This document shows, in pieces, positions 54,301 to 64,000 of a stretch of DNA of 64,000 nucleotides (the stretch's first letter is position 1; every line of letters starts with the position of its first letter). A program made the position numbers and the translations under genes. The notes under the pieces were generated by a model that made no database searches, was not told the DNA's origin, and saw only the letters and a list, made by a program, of their open reading frames with translations. The DNA comes from Thalia democratica (Eukaryota): positions 29,140,001-29,204,000 of the forward strand of contig OZ241834.1 in NCBI GenBank assembly GCA_965202585.1. The letters run 5' to 3'.

Positions 54301-56906
54301 TAAAATATTTAAAAAATAAGTTTGTAATCAATAATTTATCAACTTTTAGTATTATTTTAAAATCAACCCGTTTGAAATTATTTTACTGTAACACGAAATA
54401 ATGTACAAAATCATGTTATAATGGAAAAAAAATTAGGCATTGTAATTAACTATAGTGCTACATTTCTATTGGAGCTATAAACTTATCGAAAATTTTTAAT
54501 AATCGTATAAATAGGTATTTATAGTTCATAAAAGTTATAGCAAACCTTGAGAAAAATTTGAGTGGTTAATTGATTAAAATTCTACAGCAAAAAAACTGCA
54601 TCCAACACCAACAACAGTGGAAAGAGACCGAGTGACGTCATCAAAGCAAGCAAAACGGTATGACGTCACATTAAAGCTTAAGGAAGTCAGCGGAGAGCTT
54701 GATAGACCCGAAATGGTTTCAGATAATGTTTCGAAGGTTTTGAGATAAGTTTGATGAAACTCAGAGACTCGCCGCAACAAAGCTTTTATTCTGAGCAAGT
54801 TGTTAGTGATTGTGTAAATATTTGTTCTTTTTAGAGATGCTGTAAAACAAGCTTAAAAGATTTTTAAGTCAATATTTTTTTAACAGGATATCGCGATCAA
54901 GAAGAACATCAGAAGAAGTGGAAAAATCTCTGAAGGATTGAAGATGAGTAGCCTGATGGAAATCATCCGAAGTTTCAAGAACATTTCAATGTGAATGAGC
55001 AGACCAGGACGAAGGTGAAGGGCCGTGATGCAGTTCATTGGCACTTCACGGGAATCAGATCTCCGAAAAAGATGTGTTCCTGGTCATAAATGTAGGAAAG
55101 AGTTGCTTCGTTATGCTTCCAGTTTAATATCATTCCACCAACCAACTTGGTTAGTTGCATTTATTAAACGAATAATTTAAAATTCTTTTATTTTGTCTTA
55201 AAATATTGACCGGTTCGATGTTAAAAGTATGTTTTTTTGAATATATATTTATAATCAATTTGCGCTGATTAAAATACATAACTTTGTATCCAATTAGTAT
55301 TTCTAGTATTTTCATGCTGCAATTTGTTTAGTGTTTACTTTATTTGTATAAACATAAATAAAAACTAAATGTGACAAAAATCTACACAATTTCTGAATTA
55401 TAGTTAACAGTTTCTATGTTGAAAATGAGCGAATATTTTCTATCGAAGTAATAAAACTATCATGAACATTAAATTTTGAAGTATCATAAGTAATTATAAA
55501 CATAAACAGGAAACTGCGATCAGCAACAGCAGCAGATGTCATCAAAAGAAAATAATCTTGCATGAAAGAGGAACTGCTGTGTTAATTCTTCATGCAAGAT
55601 CATTCAAAAGCAGATCATCAAAAGGTGAACGGAGCGTCATCACTGGAGCTGGTGGAGAAGTTTGGAGAGATCATGGATAACGAGATCTTCCACTGATGAT
55701 GATTTCCTGTACATATGCAGATGGTAGGAAAACATGGCTTCCTACAATGTTCTCTCTGTTAAGCAAACTTGAACAATCAACTCGGTTGGTTCTTAATTAT
55801 TACATTTTATCGTTTTACCAATGTAAAATTGATCATTGGGTTTTTGGGTAAAAGGATAAAAGTATGTTATATAGTATTTGTATGTTTATACAAGTATAGT
55901 GCATTTAAGCAAAAGTGTTTCTAATAAACTCTTTAAAAAAATTTTGCTCAAAAGAATTTTGTATAATACTTTCGAATGGACATCTTGTAAGCATAAACTG
56001 AGAAAAGTCTGCATGCATCTGAGTTAACTAATAAATACATGTTTCTATCGTTTGCAAATAAACACAAGTACACAAATTTAATCGTAATAAAATCAAAATA
56101 TTGTTTTCTAGTTTGTAATATCAACATAATTCAACAGATACACTGCAAGGATCGTCCGAGCCAGGAGGGCGAGTTGCCAGGAGGGTGAGACAATCCTGTT
56201 TCTGTGTGGATTTGGAGAAGTGGTCCAAGCCAGGAGGATGAGTGAATTGCAACTACATCAGTTGATATTTTCATATACTTGATTTTTTTTCTATTCACAA
56301 TAAAATATAATAATGTATATTTGTCGAGTTATTTTTATTTAGTTTAATAACTATTTTCATATGTTCAAATACCGGACTGCCAAGAATAAACAAATCTACA
56401 ACAACTTAGTTAAATAAATTACGAGAAAGTTAAGTAACAACCTCAAAAAAACAAGATTAAATATGTAAATGCATATTGCTTACATTTTAAATACAATCAA
56501 TTACTTAATATAGTGTTTCTTAAAGCTGCCGGTACACTAGCTTAAGCTTTTCTTTTACAGAATGAATACGTATAAAATAAATAAATAGTAAATTAAGTAA
56601 GTAATAAAAATGATTTTAGTCAGTACTTACTAAGCTTAGTTATGACAATAATAGCTAAATTAGCTACATTGTATTTGAAGATGTGTATAGAAAATAAAAA
56701 TTTATGTAATGAATTGTAGTATTCACAAATTAAGACTGAGCTGATTAGAAATTCGGAATGATTATAAAATATGTTATAAAATGTTTTTAATTTTTCTTTT
56801 ATTTAAAGTCGTTTGTAAATGTCATTTATGATGAAATAAAATTAGTATGCTGTTTTTAAATTAAACAAAATATTATGTTGAAGTTAACAAATAAAAATCT
56901 AAAGTC

Positions 56907-57211
56907 CAGGTTTGGTATAATGCAAGTTCAGCGGCCTGTGACCTTCGGAAGAAACATTTTTAACATGTGGCTAGTTTTGCTGCAAAAATAAGTAAGACAA
57001 GTTCGAGCTTATTCAAAACAAGAATTACTGGTATTTTAATACTAATAAACCGTGCTGAATATTTTATTGATGCATAATAATCTTATACACAATTTATTTA
57101 GTTATAGGAGTAAAACTTTTCAATGATAACATGGCCCGCAAAAACTTTTTATTGTGGTCAAAAAAAGCTTTTTTCAGTGAACCTGACCCTTTTGTAAGCT
57201 ACCAACCCCTG
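56907..57211. mobile_element. Degenerate hAT/Charlie-like MITE
   Basis: caggtttggta / taccaacccctg imperfect ends; no TSD seen. Confidence 0.35.
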
Positions 57212-57555
57212 ATTTACTTTTAAAAATAGATATACCATGGAGTTAAGAATAATTGTTTTGTAAATTTTTTTTGCACTATCATTGCAAACTTTAATTTATT
57301 AAGTCATGATACTAGTTACAATTAATCAATAACACTTTTATTGTTAAAAAAAGTGTATATTATTGTTTATTAAGCGATAAAAAAAGCACTCAAAATATTT
57401 GTTTTAAGAACCTGGTGTACAAAGGAACCTTTCGGTTGTCGAGTCGTACACCACATGAATAAATTATAGACTTATATTTAATTTCTCAACTGTTTTAGTC
57501 ATTGTATGAAGGATTTGTTTAATTTTTAAATAGCAAAAAGTAATTATTTTAACTA

Positions 57556-57829
57556 CAGGGTGGTCACTAAACCTTGAATTTAATTTTTTTTGAGAAAATA
57601 AAACCTGGAATTCTAAACAAAAATCACAGACACCCTGGAATTTTAAACAATCTATCATATAAATAAAAATAATCTTATAAAAAAAACATTTAAAGTAGCT
57701 TTACAGTATCTTTTCAATTTTTTTATACTACTAAACAGTTTTTAGACTTAAATTATAACTAAAAATAGACCCAAAACTATGTACTTTCAAAAACCCGGAA
57801 GAATTTTTTAAAAACCGGTGGCAACCTTA
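57556..57829 (+). mobile_element. hAT-like MITE, third copy
   Basis: cagggtggtcac..gtggcaacctta; internal aacctggaa repeats and ttaaagtagcttt shared with the other copies. Confidence 0.65.
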
Positions 57830-58794
57830 TTATTATGTTTGAATAATAATTTCACAGTTTTATGATAGGTTGTTTTTTAAAATTGATTTTTGTTAGGTAG
57901 AATAACATGAAATATCTGTTGTCAGAAATATTAAGTATACAAAAATACATTCTCAAATGAGTAATATCTCATAGCTATGTAGGAAGATCTTTATAAGTAT
58001 TATTTTTTTGCAGCATTATACAGTTTTTACACAAACTTCAACCAAAACATTGAAATGTTAAGTTTTACTTATTTAGATAAGCTATTTTATTTTCTTCATA
58101 AATAAAAACCCTATCTAAAAAAAAATGAGTCAATATTTAAGATGAGAACATTTTAATAATTTTGAAAACTATTTTAACTTTTTCAAGCTTTTGAGTTTTT
58201 AAATAAAACAAAAACGTTTATAACATCAATAAAATTACAATAAAGGTAAAGCTTCTGTTTCAGATAAACTGATATGGTCTTGTTTAGTTTTTTACTTTAA
58301 CAGCTACAAAATCACATCATCTTAAAAAATTTAAAAGCATGAGAACTAATAAACGAACAAGTAAAATGAAAATAAAACTGCTCATAGTATTTATTAACTA
58401 TTCTATACACTATTTTTTCTTGATTGATACGTATTTTGTAATTTAAAGTACTTATACTAAAGACTAGTTTAAAACTATTGATTATCACTTATTAGATTTA
58501 ATCATTTAAATCTAAAAAACTAAAAACAGTTTATGAGCAATGGGTAAAAACCAACCTTTTATTATAAGTAGTTTAAAACTATTAGTTGTATATACTTGGT
58601 ACTGTTTAAATTAATTGATAACAAATATTTATTTTAAACCGTTAATTAGTGTTATATTTTAGTGTTAACATATTAAGTTTAATCAAGTCTACTGTCAAAT
58701 GAACACAATATAATCCTTTAGACAAATGAAATTATATTGAATATTTATAAATGCTGTGCAAAGTTAATTTTGAAATCAGATCAAAATTGTTAAA

Positions 58795-60837
58795 ATGCAA
58801 CAAGCTATAGTAAAACTGTTTATTGTTTTTATTTTTTTTTCTGCAACTGCTTGTGAAGGAAAAAGTATAAACAAGGAAGTCAGTTTATATAACATAAAAA
58901 ACTCATATAAGATAAAATACAACAGTTAGTTAAAAGACTTTCCTTTTATTTTCATTATCATTGATTACTCTTTTTTAATTTGTAATAGTTATTTAAAAAT
59001 AAAGAATTACTAAGTTATAGTTTTACACGACAATCATAATCAGATTTTAAGGTTTGATTACAAAAGTTTCAAACACTTTCATTGAATGTTAAAATAAAAG
59101 TTTAGTAGTTTATTTTATCAACGAATAAATGTTTTCAGCATCAATAAGAATAGAGTAATCTGTACAAGGATTTGATCCGGATTTCATAAGAAAATAAGAT
59201 TAATAATGAACTTAACAGTCTTAATAAACGGAACTTACCTTTCACTAAGTAACTTAAATTTATTTATCTACATGTCTTAATTGTATTTTTATTCAAAGAA
59301 TTTTATAACAAGCAATGTTTAGTAGTTAAAGAATAAACAAACAATTTCAATGCCGGAGCTTAATGTTGTAAATTTAAACAGTTGTTGTGAAATTTTTGCC
59401 TAAAGTAAGAGTGAAGTAAAAATAAAATCAAAACATTACCTACTTGCAATTAAGCTAACAGCGAATTTAAAAATTAGTTTTATCAATCTAGGTGTAAAGC
59501 CAACAAAATTTTAAAAGCTTACTATTTTCAAAACTGCTTTGTGTAAGTGGTAAAAAATTTTTTTATGTTGACAATTTAACAACATGAAAAATAGTTATAC
59601 TTACAAAAATATGAGTCTTATGATGTAAAAGAAATAAGACATAGAAGGACAATTAAATTGCTGAAACTTGTAGATATAAAGAATAAAATCTTAGTGTTGA
59701 AAGTTTATAACATATATTTATGCTTAAATAAGACTTTCTAAAAGTATACAGTGTTTACAGACTTTCTAAGTTTTGTCCTGGACAAGACGTTATAAAATAT
59801 TCAAATGGTGTACAATTCGATAACCGAAAGGTTTTTTGTGCACAAGGTCTAGAACCAAACACTTTAAGCGTCTTTTTTTTTGTCGTTCAATAAACTATAT
59901 GACCTTATATATCACATAAAATAAAAAAAAACTGTGCAATCATTTTTCGGAAAAAGTTTTAAAGCATTCAAAGTTCTTGAGAGTGAATGTGATTTTAGGT
60001 GGTTTTTTGTTTTCAATAGTAAGTTTTTTTAAAATAAGCTGTTGAAATTAACTGTAACCTAAAATAACGAAATAAAAAGAATTTATCTGTTTTATACCAA
60101 TACTATTTATTTGTTTTTTATAACCCATAAAGTACTAATTTGACCAAAAAGTTTTTTAAAACAATTTTTACTTGATACAAACTTAATTTAAGCAAGATAC
60201 TGTAAACTAGCCTAGTTCTATTTAGGCAAAGCAGTAAAACTTTTAAAGTTCACCTAATACAGAACTGTAAAATAGTTATAACTCAATTTTTTCTTTAATC
60301 AGAATTACAACACTAAGGTTTGGAATTGTCTTCAAAGCTAGTAACGTGATGATTAATCTTAACTAAAAAAAGTTAATCTATATAAAATAAAAAACTGTTA
60401 GAATTTTCGTTTCTACAATTTTTAAACTTTTTAATATTAGAGAACTATGATATTTTATTATTAGAGAATTACGAGCACAATATAGAGTTTTTTTTCTGCA
60501 CAATATTTTTCAATATGAAGTATACGTCGAAAAAAGTCTGAAAAAGTTTGATAAGGTTAAAAGTTTTATTGTTTTGTATTTAAAAGAAATAAGTTACTGA
60601 ACAAAATTGTTTTAACTTTTATCTCTATACTTGATAAATTTTCTGTTATGCACAACTATAGTTATAAGAGATTTTTATGCCATGCAATATCGTTATAAAA
60701 GGCATCTATTTACAAAAATTTTTTTTGAAAGTTTTAAGAATATTATAATGTAAATAATTAACAGTACTACGAGGAAATCTACAATGCAGCCCTCGGAAAA
60801 GCGAAAGAAGAAAACAGAAATTAAAGATACAGAATAA
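58795..60837 (+). pseudogene. Pseudogenised paralog of the small secreted protein gene (exons ~58795-58878, 59139-59248, 60765-60837)
   Basis: Signal-like MQQAIVKLFIVFIFFSATACEG; exon 2 aligns codon-for-codon with 63686-63785 but has TAT>TAA and a +1 frameshift near 59190; exon 3 is tentative. Confidence 0.7.
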
Positions 60838-61320
60838 AACTAAAGAAGAAAAATGATTTACTGATGAAACTTCGATTCCATATACTTTCTTTGATACTAT
60901 GAGTTGATACTTTTTTTGTTTTATAATATCAGTTTTAAACTTTATTTAAGCTTATATAATTCTAAAATTTATAAATGTTCATTTTTTACACCTGTTTATA
61001 GTGTAAGTAGTTTTTTATATGCTACTTATATATTTAAAGCTTGTGTCTTTTAAAGTTGTACCTATGCAAGTATTTTTGCTGGTTAGTGTAAGTAGTAAAA
61101 GAAAACAATCTTTGTTTCAAAAAGCTTACTTTACAATTTTTTCAAACGATTTCTGTTATAACAAGTTCAACTAAAAAGCAATAGTTTTACGGTAAAAAAC
61201 AGGTTTTACTTAACAATCTATTGTGCACAGAGTTTTTTGTTTAATACTTTACTGTAGTATACTGTAGAGAGTTTAAAAATAAATTGTGCTTAATAGTTGT
61301 TATTGAGTATGAGTATTTTC

Positions 61321-61542
61321 CAGGGTTTCCCAAACTTTTTTTTAAAAGGCCCCTTTTTAATAATTTATTTTAATTTAAAAAAACAAAAAAAAAACATTGT
61401 CCGCCTCCTGTAAGATTACTCAAATACTACCATTAAAAGCACTTAAGACCTTTTTTTGCTCTTCATCATCAAGTCCAGAGTATCTAGTGTAAGATCTCAT
61501 GGTCCCCTATATTTCTATCATGGCCCACTTTGGGAAACTGTG
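61321..61542. mobile_element. hAT/Charlie-like MITE
   Basis: CAGGGTTTCCCAAAC / CACTTTGGGAAACTGTG ends. Confidence 0.5.
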
Positions 61543-63036
61543 GTATACTTTAATATCCTTTTAAATTGTCTCCAAAGCAATAAAATTTACTTGAAATAGT
61601 TTGTGAGAGCTTTATTAAGTCTCTGTTTGTACAAATGGTCAATTAGGCTTTTTGTTTGTAACAATATTGTAATTCAAATAATACTTTTATTTCTATTTAT
61701 AAGAGTAGTTATCATGAATGAAAATTATAGAAAACCATTTTTAAACACCAAGTCAAAAGTATATAATTTTAAAACTTTTCTCTACAAGTTTTATGTTAAA
61801 AAATTTCAACATACTTCAAAAAATCAAAAGTTCAAATTGTTAGCTTAGCATTCTGTTTAATTATATTAGTTAAGTTTAAACTTGATTTTTTCTAAACTTA
61901 ATTATTAATATTATGTAAATAATTTCAACTGTTTGAAATATAAAACATTATTAAACGATATTTCAAAGCACATATTCTTTATAACTCAATTAGTAGAATT
62001 CAGGCAGCATAAAATTATATCTATACTACTCATTTAATTTTAATAGAAAATATGTTTCAGTGCGTTTTATGTATTCACAAACTTTATGTACAACAGAATT
62101 TGATAAACTACCTTCAACAATACTTTACCAAAAATAAGCAAATAACACTTTACCTACGTTTTACGTTTGCTTTAACCTGTGAATCGAATAAGTTTTCTTA
62201 TTTGCAAAATTTCAATTTAAACAAAAAAAAAATTCAAATTTTGTATTAAAGTGGGCAGCGTTTTTAGTCGGCAGTCCAGATACGGAAAAATTTAGTCCTT
62301 GGCGAGCCGGAGCATTTCATTTTCACTTAATTTACGAAAATTACTCAAGTATACAATTCATTTTGACAAAACACTGACTCTATGTGACCTTTTTTTGCCA
62401 TAACTAGTTTAAGTTTCAAGTTTCCCGTAACTTGTACCTGAGAACTTTTTTTGCTCTTTTTTTCAAATCTCATAACAACTAGTTTAAGTTTCAAAGCCTT
62501 ACATTGTCCACCCCTTATATAAAGCAACGTTTAGTGAGTGTATTAGCAAAATAACATGCGTTCCTAAAAGTTAGTTGAGTAAAAATTCTGCTAATTTAAT
62601 TACAATGTACATTTTTACCTATAAATAGCTAATATATGAAATTAAGTTGAATCGTTCTACAAAACTTAAATAAAATCTTAACTACAGTGCCTATTTATTT
62701 TTGAGTAATGCTAATCAAAATTAATCAATAATGAGTAATATTAGAAAAAGCTTATAAAATAAACTTTTATTATATAAAGCTTATTTTAATATGTTTTATT
62801 GTTGCATAAATGCAATAATACAAAAATATTAAATCAGTATTTTATTAGAATTATTTTAATTAAAGACTACTTATACTAAAATTTAAATTTGTTGTTTTAA
62901 GTGTACAAAAATTTATACTAAGCTAAAGTTACTATTGAGTTTTGTTAACATTTAATCTTCAAAAAAATAAGTAAAATTACAGCATTTTATAAATACTGTG
63001 CAATATGTAGTTTTGAGATCAGTTGAAATTGCTAAA

Positions 63037-63785
63037 ATGCTGAAAGTAATCGGAAACTTGTTTATATTTTTTATTGTTCTTCAAGTTTTACTATGCGAAG
63101 GTAAAAAGGGAAGAAAATATAAAAAAGGATGTTAGTTTGTAAATTCAAAAATAATTTTGCTAAACAAAAATAAACTCATTAAATGTTGATTTAAATGTAG
63201 TTATAACTATTTTTTCTACAGTATTTTCCAACAATAAAGTACATAAAATGAAAAAAAGCTTAGTCTTATAGTCTGTTTTTTCAAAAATGGTAGTTAAGTA
63301 CTTATAAATTTTTTATATTGTACAACGAAATATTGTTTTGATTAAATCAAACTTAACTTTGTTTTAAAAGTCCTGTTAAGTATAGTCTACTCAAATAATA
63401 AAGTGTTTTATAACTTTATAGCCACATAAAGTGTTTTACTAACTAAAACAAACTTAAATAACTAGCAAAAAAACATTAAATTAAAAATTAGTTTTTAGCT
63501 TTTAAGTTAGTTATGTCTGTTTACAAGTAGAAGTTTCATCGTTATTTTTAATAGAATTTTAGACTAAACATAATTTAGCAACAATTAAATTTTATTGTCA
63601 TTTCTTATTCTTTTAGTAATTAATTGAAACAATAAGAAATGATAAAAAAATTTACATAAAATAAGTTTTGAATAAATATAAACAGCCACAGTTAGAAAGG
63701 AGTATACAGTTCATGGGAACGACCCTTCATTCATCAGGAAATCTGATTTACCCAATCCCTACAAACTGGACTTACCCTTTACCAA
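63037..63785 (+). CDS. Small secreted Lys-rich protein, exons 63037-63130 and 63686-63785 (continues beyond the window)
   Basis: MLKVIGNLFIFFIVLQVLLCEG-KKGRKYKKG-STVRKEYTVHGNDPSFIRKSDLPNPYKLDLPFT; phase-compatible GT/AG junctions; homology to the 58.8 kb copy. Confidence 0.75.
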
Positions 63786-64000
63786 GTAATCTGAACTATG
63801 TTATTATTTACATATTCTTTTTGAAATACTTTTCTCATGTGAAAATTAGACTTATTTGTTAAAGTTATTGAAAAATATCTTCAGAATTACATAAGAAAAA
63901 CAGAAGAATTAAAAAAAAAGTATTTTGGTCAATGTGTTTGTAATTTAAAAAACCTAAGTAAATTCGAAATCAAAGTTAAAATAAATAAACCTAACAATAT

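Larger units (their letters stand above)
50091..56305 (+). ncRNA. Unit 4 putative exon A, ribozyme, B-F
   Basis: Paralogous islands at ~50091-50518, 54005-54235, 54589-54801, 54887-55148, 55510-55784, 56139; AATAAA at ~56299. Confidence 0.55.
24480..56400 (+). repeat. Tandem array of four 8-10 kb gene-like units (ribozymes at 24713, 32510, 42150, 50896)
   Basis: Same order of motifs and exons in each unit; ~28.6-37.5 kb versus ~38.4-47.3 kb are the closest pair (offset ~9.6-9.8 kb); units 1 and 4 are more diverged. Confidence 0.9.

Noticed and set aside
53990-54331. 113-aa minus-strand ORF, and similar ones at 27507-27830 and 35027-35437
   Set aside because: Antisense to exon-like islands; frames not conserved among paralogs; no recognisable domain
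62281-62305. acggaaaaatttagtccttg resembles my recollection of a Hydra spliced-leader sequence
   Set aside because: Middle portion, GT donor and Sm site are missing; context (TTAA-AGTGGGCAGCG) looks more like a transposon end

Overview
AT-rich (roughly 25% GC by eye), intron-rich animal genomic DNA; the species cannot be fixed from sequence alone. (1) 1-9.4 kb, minus strand: the first seven coding exons of a choline transporter-like (SLC44A/CTL2-4 type) gene, with large ectodomain insertions. Three of its splice sites are 'echoed' by tandem decayed copies in the adjacent introns. (2) 9.4-24.5 kb: upstream intron/intergenic DNA with a short hairpin repeat family, an inverted pair of foldback-like MITEs and a possible divergent spliced transcript. 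(3) About 24.5-56.4 kb: a tandem array of four 8-10 kb gene-like units. Each unit carries a ~440-460 nt HDV-like (delta-like) self-cleaving ribozyme fold on the + strand, with complete P1/P1.1/P2/P3/L3/J4-2 core, very long hairpin insertions in J1/2 and P4, and compensatory changes between copies. The fold is followed by further covarying hairpins and a chain of AG..GT-bounded, mutually related, apparently non-coding exons ending at AATAAA. No reverse transcriptase or other conserved ORF is visible. This ribozyme-punctuated array is the main candidate novel system. (4) 58.8-63.8 kb: a small secreted Lys-rich protein gene and its pseudogenised tandem paralog. Ribozyme activity and transcription are inferred from sequence and structure only.
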